From the sequence record OX638288: a DNA stretch of 64,000 bases; one strand, written 5' to 3'. Positions within the stretch are counted from its first letter, which is position 1, and the number at the start of each line of letters is the position of its first letter. The position numbers were made by a program, and so were the translations under genes. Shown in pieces: positions 37,599-47,758 of the stretch. Source of the stretch: Escherichia phage UP19. The notes below the pieces were generated by a model. The model was not told the origin of the DNA and did no database searches. It saw only the letters and a program-made list of their open reading frames with translations.

Positions 37599-37928
37599 AT
37601 GTCACAAGCTATTAAAAACGTACTGAACTCTTTCGCTTTCGATAAAGTTAATGAACTGATGAAAACTGGCTTTGTAACTCCTCAGGTTCTTGACCAATGG
37701 GTTGCTGAACTGTTACCAATCATGCACTCTAAAGACCAAAAAATTGGTAAGAACGGTATTCGTGAAATCCTGGTTCAATATATTCTCGACGAGTTTGATG
37801 TGGCCGCCTTTGGTGTCGAATCTAAAGCTTGGCAGCCAGGTGAAATCACAGACAAAACCATCCGTCGTATGAAGAATCAACGTAAGAAAAAATTCGTTGA
37901 CCTGAAAATTGTTAAGGCAGCTAAATGA
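37599..37928 (+). CDS. hypothetical protein
   Basis: 109 aa; SD gaggaaattatt. Confidence 0.5.
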   Translation: MSQAIKNVLNSFAFDKVNELMKTGFVTPQVLDQWVAELLPIMHSKDQKIGKNGIREILVQYILDEFDVAAFGVESKAWQPGEITDKTIRRMKNQRKKKFVDLKIVKAAK

Positions 37929-38173
37929 GTAATTTGCCTGAAGATGTATCGGTTATAATAGTCCTTAAAGCTTTAGCCGGTTTCCAACGTACCCCTATGA
38001 TGAATAATAGTGAAACCATTATAAAAGCGGCTAATATGCTAAGTGGAAGTCATCGCGATTTCAGGATATTTCCTATAAGCTCTAAGACCACTTATATGAA
38101 AATGCCCGATCCTAAAATAGCTTGGGACGAAGGCATGACATTAAATGAATTTGAGGATTATTTAAATGATTAA
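37925..38173 (+). CDS. hypothetical protein
   Basis: 82 aa; coupled. Confidence 0.5.
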   Translation: MSNLPEDVSVIIVLKALAGFQRTPMMNNSETIIKAANMLSGSHRDFRIFPISSKTTYMKMPDPKIAWDEGMTLNEFEDYLND

Positions 38174-38432
38174 AATAAAACTCTCTAATTACGATAAAAA
38201 CTTGGAAATGATTGCTATGAAAGAAGAACTCCTGAATGATGTCCGCTTTACAGGTTATGCAGTCCAATTTAATGGTGATGGGGCTCTCCAGATTGAAGGT
38301 GACCACTTTATTATCGAATATGAATTTAAACGGTACTGGCTATACGCTAAAGATGAAGTTGGCGGTATTGATTACGTCGATGAGTTTGATAATCTTGATG
38401 ATGCATTAGAAGGAGCTCGATTCCTACAATGA
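38166..38432 (+). CDS. hypothetical protein
   Basis: 88 aa; coupled. Confidence 0.5.
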   Translation: MIKIKLSNYDKNLEMIAMKEELLNDVRFTGYAVQFNGDGALQIEGDHFIIEYEFKRYWLYAKDEVGGIDYVDEFDNLDDALEGARFLQ

Positions 38433-38692
38433 AACCCATATCCACCACCCTCGCTTATGAAGGTCTCGGATTTTTCTTAATAGATAACTGTATGGATGTT
38501 GAGTTTGTTTGTGGTGAGACTTCTTTAGTATGGAAGTCTCATATTTCCAAATACAACCATCGGGATTATCCGGAACTTTTTAAAGAATTTTGCGGATATA
38601 TGTCCGAACATGGATGTACTGATACAATTTCTTATCCCGAGTTCATACAAATCCTTGAAACAGTATTTCAGGCTTATTGCTTACTCCGTTGA
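38429..38692 (+). CDS. hypothetical protein
   Basis: 87 aa; coupled. Confidence 0.5.
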   Translation: MKPISTTLAYEGLGFFLIDNCMDVEFVCGETSLVWKSHISKYNHRDYPELFKEFCGYMSEHGCTDTISYPEFIQILETVFQAYCLLR

Positions 38693-38745
38693 TGCTTTAA
38701 ACGGGTCTCCAAATACTATGATATAATAGACCTATGATTTGAGTT
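38692..38745 (+). promoter_or_regulatory. promoter upstream of gene 55 (TGCTTTA box plus TACTAT/TATAAT; middle/early type)
   Basis: tgctttaaacgggtctccaaatactatgatataatagacctatga. Confidence 0.45.
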
Positions 38746-38758
38746 ATCTGAGGTAACA

Positions 38759-39316
38759 ATGACCGAAATTAAACTGACTAAAAATAACTATGTAAATAAT
38801 AAGGAGCTTCTGAAAGCCATTACCCAGTGGAAAACAGAACTCCGAGAAAATACCGACCCTAATAAAATAGTTCGTCAGAACGACGTTATCGGCTTGGCTA
38901 TTATGCTCATTGCTGAAGGCCTTTCTAAGCGTTTCAACTTCTCCGGATATACCCAATCTTGGAAGCAAGAAATGATTGCTGATGGAATCGAAGCCTCTAT
39001 TAAAGGTCTTCATAACTTCGACGAAACAAAATACGACAACCCACATGCATATATCACTATGGCTTGTTTTAATGCCTTTGTTCAGCGTATCAAGAAAGAA
39101 CGTAAAGAAATGGCAAAGAAATACAGCTACTTCGTCCATAACGTTTATGACGCCAATGACGACGACATGGTAGGTATCGCAGATGAAACTTTTATCCAGG
39201 ATATTTACGACAAAATGACTCAGTATGAAACCTCTTTAGTTAAAGCGCCAGGGTCTGATAAGAGCGCCGAATCTAAAGTTGGTGAGCTGGATTTTTTATA
39301 TGGAACTCAAGATTAA
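38759..39316 (+). CDS. 55: late sigma factor gp55
   Basis: 185 aa ...[20 protein letters not shown]...[55 protein letters not shown]...; like T4 gp55. Confidence 0.95.
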   Translation: MTEIKLTKNNYVNNKELLKAITQWKTELRENTDPNKIVRQNDVIGLAIMLIAEGLSKRFNFSGYTQSWKQEMIADGIEASIKGLHNFDETKYDNPHAYITMACFNAFVQRIKKERKEMAKKYSYFVHNVYDANDDDMVGIADETFIQDIYDKMTQYETSLVKAPGSDKSAESKVGELDFLYGTQD

Positions 39317-39527
39317 CCTGGTAGGCCTTTTAGAAGAAGTAGATGGAGAGTATTCGGCAATTCCTTATGTTCTTAAAATGTACCTTAAGGATATTGCCAA
39401 GCTTCCTATTGTAATAGACCCAAAACACCCTGATTCAGTAGAAATTAAAGCTGAAAAAGGAACATTAACTTATAACTATCACGTTACCGACGAAGATTTT
39501 TATATAAAACTGAATTACAAGGATTAA
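39300..39527 (+). CDS. hypothetical protein
   Basis: ATG 39300; 75 aa. Confidence 0.45.
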   Translation: MELKINLVGLLEEVDGEYSAIPYVLKMYLKDIAKLPIVIDPKHPDSVEIKAEKGTLTYNYHVTDEDFYIKLNYKD

Positions 39528-39528
39528 T

Positions 39529-39840
39529 ATGCAAAGCACCGACATTTCTCAATTGACCGAAGAGCAAATTGAAGAAGCCCAGAAGCGTTTAGAAGAGAAT
39601 AATGCTAAAGAAGCCGCTTCTCAAGCTGCCAAAATTCTTAAAAAGAATGCCCGTGAAATTAAGCGTCTTAATACACATGCTCAGGGCGCTGTTCTCGAAA
39701 ACAATTTCGAAGCTTACAAATATGCTATAATTAAATTACGTGGTATTTACCGTCAACCGACTACTGACGAAATCGTTAGAGTTATGTGGGAAACTACGCG
39801 TAAACAGATTTGGGAAATTATCAATGGCGCTAGTAAATAA
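39529..39840 (+). CDS. hypothetical helical protein
   Basis: 103 aa ORF. Confidence 0.5.
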   Translation: MQSTDISQLTEEQIEEAQKRLEENNAKEAASQAAKILKKNAREIKRLNTHAQGAVLENNFEAYKYAIIKLRGIYRQPTTDEIVRVMWETTRKQIWEIINGASK

Positions 39841-40277
39841 ACCCTTTAAACGGCTTCTTATTGGAGCCGCCTTCAGACTTCGCTCATACGGTAATATTTG
39901 TATTAAGCAGACTGAAACCGAATATAAAATGATTGGGCAGTATTCCGATGAAATTTTTCGGATTGAGCCTGTAGCCAAGGTTTGGGTGGATTCACATCAA
40001 CTTAAGAAGTGGTGGCAACGATGATAACATGGACAGGTGGCTAATGAAAGACGAACATCCGGATTTTTAAGCTATGAATGACGAATACGAAAAAGTTTAA
40101 GAGGTTTTATGAATGACGAATTCGATGGATTTTGATAAGATTAAATCTGACAAAAATGAGATGATACTTAAATTTGAAGCTGCTCGTATTAAAGCGGAAA
40201 ATGAAGGTACTATTACCTATAAGCCTATCAAGTTCAGGTCTTCTCATGAACCTCTGTATGGCGTATTAATTGGTAAA

Positions 40278-40297
40278 GGAGCTTAGGCTCCTTTTTT
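40278..40297 (+). terminator. rho-independent terminator
   Basis: ggagc-ttag-gctcc followed by T6. Confidence 0.65.
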
Positions 40298-40301
40298 GCT
40301 T

Positions 40302-40328
40302 TATATTCGGATGATAAAATGAACCAAC
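40302..40328 (+). promoter_or_regulatory. candidate MotA-type middle promoter
   Basis: TGCTTTA, 11 nt, TAAAAT; matches T4 middle-promoter layout. Confidence 0.45.
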
Positions 40329-40340
40329 TGAGGAGAACAT

Positions 40341-40484
40341 ATGGAATTACTTTTAGGATATGTCGTGTTATTCATGGCATTCTACACATTCACACGAGCC
40401 TGTTGGATAGGATTCTTTTCTACTCCTGATGGGTTCATCTCAATAATTTTATTTTGCATTGCGATAACGGTGCTCGGCTTATGA
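40341..40484 (+). CDS. small membrane peptide (47 aa)
   Basis: SD gaggag before ATG; hydrophobic; stop overlaps gene 47 ATG. Confidence 0.4.
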   Translation: MELLLGYVVLFMAFYTFTRACWIGFFSTPDGFISIILFCIAITVLGL

Positions 40485-41503
40485 AAATATTAAACACAGG
40501 TGACTGGCACCTTGGAGTGAAGGCCGATGATGTGTGGGTACAAAATATCCAACGTCAAGGTATCCAAGACGCTATCAATTATTCTAAAGCAAATGGTATT
40601 ACCGTGTGGATTCAATACGGTGATATCTTTGACGTTCGTAAAGCAATTACCCATAAGTGTATGGAATTCGCTCGCGAAATCTCTGATTTGCTTAAAGCTA
40701 ATGGCATTACCATGTATACCATTGTTGGTAATCATGATATGCACTACAAAAATACCTTGACTCCTAACGCAGCTTCTGAAGTTCTGGGTAAATATGACCA
40801 TATCAAGGTTATTGAGAAACCTACTACGGTTAACTTTGATGGCACCGAAATTGATTTGATTCCATGGATGTGTGAAGAAAACACGACTGATATCATGGAC
40901 CATATCAAAAATACCACAGCAGATTTCTGTATTGGACATTGGGAATTAAATGGTTTCTATTTCTATAAAGGAATGAAATCTCATGGTTTAGAACCTGATT
41001 TCCTTAAAAAGTATAAGCAAGTTTGGTCAGGCCACTTCCACACTATTTCTGATGCAGCAAACGTCAAGTACATTGGTACTCCATGGACCCTTACTGCAGG
41101 CGATGAGAACGACCCTCGTGGTTTCTGGATTTTCGATACCGAAACTCATAAAATGGATTTCATCATTAATGAAACCTGTTGGCATCGTAAGATTCATTAT
41201 CCTAACGAGACTATCGATTACAAAGATTTTACAAATATCGCAGTTCGTGTTATAGTCGATAAAATCGATGACGGTCTTACTAAGTTCGAATCAGAGCTTG
41301 AAAAGGTTGTTCACTCTTTACGTATTGTGTCTAAGGTAGATAATAGTGTTGATATCGATGATTCTGAAGAGGAAGACGAAGTTAAATCCCTCTTGGATAT
41401 GATGTATGATTATATCGATGCCCTTCCTGATGGCCACACTGAAGCCGATGTTAAAGCCCTTAAGACTATGGCTGCACAACTTTATAATGAGGTTACACGA
41501 TGA
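40481..41503 (+). CDS. 47: recombination endonuclease subunit gp47 (Mre11-like)
   Basis: MKILNTGDWHLGVKADD...GNHDMH...; phosphoesterase motifs; like T4 gp47. Confidence 0.95.
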   Translation: MKILNTGDWHLGVKADDVWVQNIQRQGIQDAINYSKANGITVWIQYGDIFDVRKAITHKCMEFAREISDLLKANGITMYTIVGNHDMHYKNTLTPNAASEVLGKYDHIKVIEKPTTVNFDGTEIDLIPWMCEENTTDIMDHIKNTTADFCIGHWELNGFYFYKGMKSHGLEPDFLKKYKQVWSGHFHTISDAANVKYIGTPWTLTAGDENDPRGFWIFDTETHKMDFIINETCWHRKIHYPNETIDYKDFTNIAVRVIVDKIDDGLTKFESELEKVVHSLRIVSKVDNSVDIDDSEEEDEVKSLLDMMYDYIDALPDGHTEADVKALKTMAAQLYNEVTR

Positions 41504-41763
41504 CTTTAGATGAATTCAAAAAATCGGGACTTGAACTGGAACACGACTGTATAGTTATTGATGATGATGGTCAACCTAGTACAATTAAGTTCTGGTTTGA
41601 AGCCGTGAGCACTCGTGATACCGGCGAGCTTATTAAAGTTTATGTTGCTACCGATTGGGCTGTAGAATTTAGCTTTAATGTAATGGTAGATGATACTCCA
41701 GAAACATTAATTCATATGGCTGAATCATGCATCAAGGATGCTTATAACGATGAAGACTTTTAA
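41500..41763 (+). CDS. hypothetical protein
   Basis: 87 aa between 47 and 46. Confidence 0.5.
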   Translation: MTLDEFKKSGLELEHDCIVIDDDGQPSTIKFWFEAVSTRDTGELIKVYVATDWAVEFSFNVMVDDTPETLIHMAESCIKDAYNDEDF

Positions 41764-43432
41764 GTTAAAGAAAGTAACGTATAAAAATATTATGTCGGTC
41801 GGGCAGCAGCCCATTACAATCCAACTTGATAAGGTCCAAAAGACCTTAGTCACTGGTAAAAATGGTGCAGGGAAATCAACATTCCTTGAAGCTGTAACAT
41901 TTGCTCTGTTCGGTAAGCCTTTTCGTGATGTTAAGAAAGGGCAGTTGATTAACTCAAGTAACAAGAAAGACCTTTTGGTCGAACTGTGGATGGAATATGA
42001 TGGCAAAGAATACTATATCAAACGCGGGCAAAAACCCAACGTTTTTGAAATCTCTTGTGACGGTGAACGTCTTGATGAATCTGCCAGCAGTAAAGACTTC
42101 CAAGCGGAATTTGAACAGCTTATCGGAATGTCCTATGCAAGCTTCAAACAAATTGTCGTACTCGGCACAGCTGGATATACCCCTTTTATGGGCCTATCCA
42201 CTCCTGCAAGAAGAAAACTCGTCGAAGACCTCTTAGAGGTTTCTGTATTGGCGGATATGGATAAGTTAAACAAATCTTTGATTCGTGAGACCAATAGCCA
42301 AATCCAAGTAATAGACGTTAAGCAAGATTCTATTACCCAACAAATTAAAATTTATAATGACAACGAAGAACGTCAACGTAAATTATCTGGCGAAAACGCT
42401 GCCCGTCTACAATTAATGTATGATGAGCTCGTTAAAGAAGCCAGGACTGCGAAGGCGAGCATAGAATCCCTGACTGATGAATTACTCAATGTTATCGTAG
42501 ATGATGACCCTAGCGATTCCATGAGTGACCTGAGTAATAAAGGATTTGCAATCAAAAATGATATGGCAACCTTTACAAAGGTGGTTAAGTTATACGAAAC
42601 CGGTGGTCACTGCCCTACGTGTATGCAAGGGTTAGAAGAGAATGGTAATATCCTTACTAAAATTAAGGATAAAAACTTTGAGCTTCAAAAATCTTTGGAT
42701 AAGATTAATGAGCAATACCAAGAGCTCAAGCTCATTAAAGACCAAGTAACCGAACAACGCAATAAAGCGTTGGCTATTAAATCTCAGATAGCTACTCATA
42801 AGCAGCAAGCCATTACTGCTGTAGAGAAAGCCAAAAAGGTTAAGGTATTAATTGACCAAGCGGCAGCTGAGTTCGTAAGTAATGCCGAAGAGATTGCTGC
42901 GCTTCAAGCAGAGCTTGATAAAATCGTCTCTACCAAATCGTCCTTGGTAATGGAAAAATATCATCGTGGAATTCTGACAGAAATGTTGAAGGATACAGGT
43001 ATTAAAGGTTCCATTATTAAGAAATACATTCCTATCTTTAATAAGCAGATTAATTCTTATTTGAAGATGTTAGAGGCGGATTATAGTTTTTCTCTTGACG
43101 AAGAGTTCAATGAGACGATTAAGTCGCGTGGACGCGAAGACTTTAGTTATGCTTCATTTAGTGAAGGTGAAAAGTCTAGAATAGATGTGGCTCTGTTATT
43201 TACCTGGCGAGATATTGCTTCAAAGGTTTCAGGCATTAATATATCTACTCTTATTCTTGATGAGGTCTTTGATGGAAGTTTTGATGCAGAAGGTATTAAA
43301 GGTGTATCAAATATTATAAATTCTTTGGAAGATTCTAATGTCTTTATAATTTCACACAAAGACCATGACCCACAATCGTATGGACAACATTTACAAATGA
43401 AGAAGGTTGGCCGCTTTACAGTATTAGAATAA
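41750..43432 (+). CDS. 46: recombination endonuclease subunit gp46 (Rad50-like)
   Basis: ATG 41750; Walker A TGKNGAGKST; coiled-coil centre with CPTC zinc hook; signature and Walker B at C-terminus. Confidence 0.95.
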   Translation: MKTFKLKKVTYKNIMSVGQQPITIQLDKVQKTLVTGKNGAGKSTFLEAVTFALFGKPFRDVKKGQLINSSNKKDLLVELWMEYDGKEYYIKRGQKPNVFEISCDGERLDESASSKDFQAEFEQLIGMSYASFKQIVVLGTAGYTPFMGLSTPARRKLVEDLLEVSVLADMDKLNKSLIRETNSQIQVIDVKQDSITQQIKIYNDNEERQRKLSGENAARLQLMYDELVKEARTAKASIESLTDELLNVIVDDDPSDSMSDLSNKGFAIKNDMATFTKVVKLYETGGHCPTCMQGLEENGNILTKIKDKNFELQKSLDKINEQYQELKLIKDQVTEQRNKALAIKSQIATHKQQAITAVEKAKKVKVLIDQAAAEFVSNAEEIAALQAELDKIVSTKSSLVMEKYHRGILTEMLKDTGIKGSIIKKYIPIFNKQINSYLKMLEADYSFSLDEEFNETIKSRGREDFSYASFSEGEKSRIDVALLFTWRDIASKVSGINISTLILDEVFDGSFDAEGIKGVSNIINSLEDSNVFIISHKDHDPQSYGQHLQMKKVGRFTVLE

Positions 43433-44115
43433 TGAGACATCTTGTTTACAAAATAATAAATTTAGTTAATAATAAGTACTATGTAGGGATACATAGTACT
43501 GAAAATATTAAAGATTCGTATATGGGCTCTGGTTTATATATTAAAGCTTCTATTAAAAAATATGGTTTGGAAAATCATAGAAAGGAAATACTTTATAATT
43601 TTGATACCAGAGAAGAGGCTATCCAAATGGAAAGAATTATAGTCAATGAGGAATTTATAAAGAACCCTCTTACATATAATATTTCTTTAGGAGGTAATGC
43701 CGCACCTTTTATAAAAGAGGAAACCAGACTTAAACAGAGTATAGCTGCTAAAAATAGACCGTATTCATTTTATGAAAACCTTTTTAAAACTAGAAAGAAA
43801 TCTAAATGCCTAGAGCTAAGAAATAAATCTAAAGAACATATAGAAAAAATTCGTCAGAGTAATATAAGAAATGGTACATATTTGCCTGAGAACAACCCTA
43901 TGTTCGGAAAAACTCATAGCCAAGAAACAAGGGATAAAATTTCTATAGCCCTTAATTCTAGGTCTGACGAAGCAAAACAGGCTATGAAAAGCAAACAATC
44001 TGCAAAAGCTAAAAGCAGACCAACTGTAAAGTGCCCATATTGTGATAAAATTGGCTCTAACAACATTATGAAACGATGGCACTTTGATAATTGTAAATTA
44101 AAGGATGCTTCATAA
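43432..44115 (+). mobile_element. GIY-YIG homing endonuclease gene (Seg-like) inserted between 46 and rpbA
   Basis: 227 aa; GIY-YIG motifs KYYVGIH...YMGSG; C-terminal repeated K/R-rich NUMOD-like DNA-binding modules; atypical codon/AT content. Confidence 0.75.
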
Positions 44116-44306
44116 TGAGTGATTTTATAACAGGCCAGCATTTGTTGGCCGTTCCAGAAATAAAGAGATATGTTTTAGTTAACAACTTCTCTGGAGACGA
44201 ACATCTTGTTACTGAAGATTATCTCCAAAATGCTTTTAAGTCAGAATATGTTACAATCATGTCAAATAGAAATCCAGCATGGTTTGTCTATGAGTACTTT
44301 GATTAA
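44115..44306 (+). CDS. hypothetical small protein
   Basis: 63 aa; ATGA-coupled to endonuclease gene. Confidence 0.45.
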   Translation: MSDFITGQHLLAVPEIKRYVLVNNFSGDEHLVTEDYLQNAFKSEYVTIMSNRNPAWFVYEYFD

Positions 44307-44308
44307 AT

Positions 44309-44334
44309 TGCTTTAAAATATTGATTTATAATAC
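44309..44334 (+). promoter_or_regulatory. candidate MotA-type middle promoter for rpbA/45
   Basis: TGCTTTA, 12 nt, TATAAT; textbook T4 middle-promoter spacing. Confidence 0.5.
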
Positions 44335-44362
44335 ATTTACCAACTAAATGAGAGAAAATATT

Positions 44363-44782
44363 ATGTTTGCTACTTCTAATGGCGTTACCGTTAAAGATAT
44401 CCAAGTTAAAACCATCCGTACTGATTCCAACCCACATAATCAGAACCGTATCCGTAAATCATGGGTACTGAATATTGATACCGACTCTGCACGCCGACTG
44501 CAGTCTCTTCCACAAGAAACCAAGTTTATGCTGTACAGTATCATCGATAATGATGTATCTGATAAGTGGATTGAAATCATGCGTAAACACTTTAAAGATT
44601 CTTTGGCTGCAGGTGCTAAACTTGTTATCGACCGCGACGGTTCTGAACGTTTAGAAGACGATTATTGCGTCGACCCTGATGAGCAGTTGCTTGAAGCCGG
44701 TTCTATTATTGCTTCCAAGATTCCAGAGTATATTGAATCTCTGCCTGAATCAATCCGTAAACAAATGATCGTAATTGCTTAA
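44363..44782 (+). CDS. rpbA: RNA polymerase binding protein RpbA-like
   Basis: ATG 44363; 139 aa; position directly upstream of gene 45 as in T4. Confidence 0.55.
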   Translation: MFATSNGVTVKDIQVKTIRTDSNPHNQNRIRKSWVLNIDTDSARRLQSLPQETKFMLYSIIDNDVSDKWIEIMRKHFKDSLAAGAKLVIDRDGSERLEDDYCVDPDEQLLEAGSIIASKIPEYIESLPESIRKQMIVIA

Positions 44783-44807
44783 TAATTTGACTTGATAAGG
44801 AAACATT

Positions 44808-45506
44808 ATGAAATTCTCTAAAGAAACCCTGAACATTCTTAAAAACTTCTCTGGTATTAACCCAGGCATTATGCTTAAACCAGGTAACACCATTCTGACC
44901 CGATCTGTTACCGGTGCAAGTTATGGTGAAGCTACTGTAAGTGATACCTTCGATATCGAAGCAGCAATCTATGATTTGAATGGCTTCTTAAGTATTCTGT
45001 CTTTGGTATCGGAAAGTGCTGAAGTTTCGGTAAGTGAAGACCAAACAACATTAATTATTAAAGACCAACGTTCAACAATTAAGTGGCCTATTGCCGACCC
45101 AAGCACAATCGCATTCCCAAGTAAAGCTATTCCGTTCCCTGTGGCCGAAGTTATTTTCGACCTGAAAGCCGAAGATTATCAACAGTTGATGCGTGTGTCC
45201 TCTGGTCTGAGTATTGATACATTTGCAATCACTGTAGACGATGGTAAAATTGTTATCAACGGTTATAAACAAGTCGACGATAAAGAATTAACTCGCCCAT
45301 TGTATTCTCTGGTCGTGGCCGACCATGATGGTCCTGACTTTAAGTTCATCATTAACAAAACCAATATGAAAATGATGCCTGCTGATTATCATGTGTTGTT
45401 ATGGGCGCGCGGTGAAGGTCAGGATGCTCGATTTGCAGCTAAGTTTGAAGGTACACAAGCTTCTTATGTATTAGCTATGGAAGCAGGCTCAAGCCACTCG
45501 TTCTAA
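44808..45506 (+). CDS. 45: sliding clamp gp45
   Basis: 232 aa MKFSKETLNILKNFSGINPGIMLKPG...; like T4 gp45. Confidence 0.95.
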   Translation: MKFSKETLNILKNFSGINPGIMLKPGNTILTRSVTGASYGEATVSDTFDIEAAIYDLNGFLSILSLVSESAEVSVSEDQTTLIIKDQRSTIKWPIADPSTIAFPSKAIPFPVAEVIFDLKAEDYQQLMRVSSGLSIDTFAITVDDGKIVINGYKQVDDKELTRPLYSLVVADHDGPDFKFIINKTNMKMMPADYHVLLWARGEGQDARFAAKFEGTQASYVLAMEAGSSHSF

Positions 45507-45567
45507 AGCATAGGGAGGAATTTCCTCCCTTGGAGTATAATGTAAAAACAAACCTGAGGAAATTAAT

Positions 45568-46527
45568 ATGCTTACAGTAAATAATAATGAATTCATGTGG
45601 GAACAGAAATATCGTCCAGGTACTTTATCTGAATGTATTCTGCCTGCTCATGATAAAGAAACTCTCCAAGCCATTGTTAATAAGGGCCTAATCCCTAACA
45701 TTATCCTAGTCTCTGCTTCACCAGGCACAGGTAAAACTACCGTGGCTAAAGCATTGTGTGCTGATACAAATTCAGACATGTTGTTTGTTAACGGTTCCGA
45801 CTGTCGTATTGATTTCGTTCGTAACGAACTTACTCGTTTTGCATCTTCTAAATCTATCGAAGGTAAACGTAAGGTAATTGTTATTGACGAATTCGACCGT
45901 GCTGGTGTTGCTGAAGCTCAACGCCACCTTCGTTCATTCTTAGAGGCCTATTCCTCAAACTGTTCTGTAATTATTACAGCAAACAATATTGATGGTATCA
46001 TCGGTCCACTTCAATCCCGTTGTCGTGTAATTAAATTTGGTGAAGCCACTCCAGCTGACCAAACAGCCATGATGAAAGAAATGATTCATCGTGCCGTAGC
46101 AATTTGTAAAAACGAAAATATCGAAGTCGAAGACCTTAAAGTTATTGCGGCTTTAGTTAAACAAAACTTCCCTGACTTCCGTAAAACAGTTAACCAACTG
46201 GACCGTTATTCCTCAAGTGGTAAAATCGATACAGGCATTTTGAGTATTGTAATGAATACCAATTCGCCTATTGATGAAGTAGTGGCTGCACTGAAAGATA
46301 AAAACTTTAAAGAACTCCGTGCATTAGCTCCTCGCCATGTCAATGATTATGCCAACTTTATTATGGCATTGGCTAACGAACTCTATGGTAAATTGCCTGG
46401 ACCAAGCATTGTTAGAATGTATGAAATCGTCGGTGAAAATAACCAATACCACGGTATTGCTGCTAACCCAGAAATTCACCTGACTTATCTGTTTATCCAA
46501 CTTGCTCTGGAGCTCCAATGGCTATAA
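45568..46527 (+). CDS. 44: clamp loader large subunit gp44
   Basis: 319 aa; Walker A SASPGTGKTT; AAA+ clamp-loader motifs. Confidence 0.95.
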   Translation: MLTVNNNEFMWEQKYRPGTLSECILPAHDKETLQAIVNKGLIPNIILVSASPGTGKTTVAKALCADTNSDMLFVNGSDCRIDFVRNELTRFASSKSIEGKRKVIVIDEFDRAGVAEAQRHLRSFLEAYSSNCSVIITANNIDGIIGPLQSRCRVIKFGEATPADQTAMMKEMIHRAVAICKNENIEVEDLKVIAALVKQNFPDFRKTVNQLDRYSSSGKIDTGILSIVMNTNSPIDEVVAALKDKNFKELRALAPRHVNDYANFIMALANELYGKLPGPSIVRMYEIVGENNQYHGIAANPEIHLTYLFIQLALELQWL

Positions 46528-47090
46528 GTCTTTTTGATGATGACGTTGAACTGAATGAACATGAAGTTGCTTGGAAACAACGTAACGACGCTGCTATTCA
46601 AGCCTTGGCCGATTCATTTAAAGAAAAGGCTGAAAATGAATTGTTCGCCATTATGAACGATATCACGTACGGTAAAAAACAACGTAACCTGGCTCAATCA
46701 GAAAACTATAATCAATTCTGGCTCGATAATAGTTTGAGCCAGCACGTAGATTGCATTATGCAAGCTGCAATGGTTAACTGTCTTAAACTTGACGACCAAA
46801 GTCACTTCAATTATCTTTTACATGCTGTTCCTAAGGGTAAGAGATTTGGTAAATGGGCTAAGGCCCATGATGATGAAGTTAGTGTAGTTTTTATTACTCG
46901 TTTATTGATGAAATACCATTCAATTAATAATGATGACGCTTATCGTTATCTCGAGACTTATAAAATTAAAGGCCATCTTCCAGCAATGCTTAAGAAGATG
47001 AAAGGGTTGGTTACGGACGAGTTCCTGAAATCCGTAACCAAAAATGTGAAAGAACAAAAAGACTTGAAAAAGAAAGCATTGGAATGGTAA
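46518..47090 (+). CDS. 62: clamp loader small subunit gp62
   Basis: 190 aa; synteny between 44 and regA. Confidence 0.85.
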   Translation: MAISLFDDDVELNEHEVAWKQRNDAAIQALADSFKEKAENELFAIMNDITYGKKQRNLAQSENYNQFWLDNSLSQHVDCIMQAAMVNCLKLDDQSHFNYLLHAVPKGKRFGKWAKAHDDEVSVVFITRLLMKYHSINNDDAYRYLETYKIKGHLPAMLKKMKGLVTDEFLKSVTKNVKEQKDLKKKALEW

Positions 47091-47096
47091 ATTAAA

Positions 47097-47459
47097 ATGA
47101 TTGAAATTACTCTGAAGCAACCTGAAGACTTCCTAAAAGTGAAAGAGACCCTGACTCGTATGGGTATCGCCAATAATAAAGAAAAGAAACTATATCAGTC
47201 CTGTCACATTTTGCAAAAGCAAGGACGATATTATATTGTCCACTTTAAAGAGATGTTGCGTATGGACGGGCGCCAGGTAGATATCGATGGTGAAGACTAC
47301 CAACGTCGTGATTCTATCGCCCAGCTTCTTAAGGATTGGGGACTTATTGATATAGTAGACGATTCTGAATTGTTCGAAATTACTAATAATTTCCGTGTCA
47401 TTTCCTTTAAACAGAAAAATGACTGGGAACTATTGTCTAAGTATACGATTGGTAATTAA
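47097..47459 (+). CDS. regA: translational repressor RegA
   Basis: 120 aa MIEITLKQPEDFLKVKETLTRMGIANNKEK...; like T4 RegA. Confidence 0.95.
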   Translation: MIEITLKQPEDFLKVKETLTRMGIANNKEKKLYQSCHILQKQGRYYIVHFKEMLRMDGRQVDIDGEDYQRRDSIAQLLKDWGLIDIVDDSELFEITNNFRVISFKQKNDWELLSKYTIGN

Positions 47460-47460
47460 T

Positions 47461-47676
47461 ATGATTCTTGAAATTGAAACGTGTGAACGTCTTAAAGAGG
47501 TGTATGGGCTTTCACCAACTCAAACTGTTTTTGACCTTTCCGAAGAGCTCCAAATAGAATTTCAAAAGGACCTCCATAAGTTACTACATCCAGGTCAGCA
47601 AGTCTTCCAGGCTATGATTAAAACTAAAGACGAAGATGGCAATCCGACTATTAAACGCTTGACAATAGAAATTTAA
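47461..47676 (+). CDS. hypothetical small protein
   Basis: ATG 47461; 71 aa. Confidence 0.5.
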   Translation: MILEIETCERLKEVYGLSPTQTVFDLSEELQIEFQKDLHKLLHPGQQVFQAMIKTKDEDGNPTIKRLTIEI

Positions 47677-47682
47677 GCAAAG

Positions 47683-47700
47683 GGACTTCGGTCCCTTTTT
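47683..47700 (+). terminator. rho-independent terminator (UUCG) followed by ggagTATAAT
   Basis: gggac-ttcg-gtccc, T5, then ggagtataat; same module shape after gene 45. Confidence 0.65.
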
Positions 47701-47758
47701 GGAGTATAATGATTCATCAACAAACAAAAGACAATCACTCGTCTATAAAGGAAATGAA

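Noticed and set aside
38744-39139. 131-aa minus-strand ORF
   Set aside because: Antisense to the gp55 late sigma factor gene.
40490-40939. 149-aa minus-strand ORF
   Set aside because: Antisense to gene 47 (Mre11-like), which is strongly supported.
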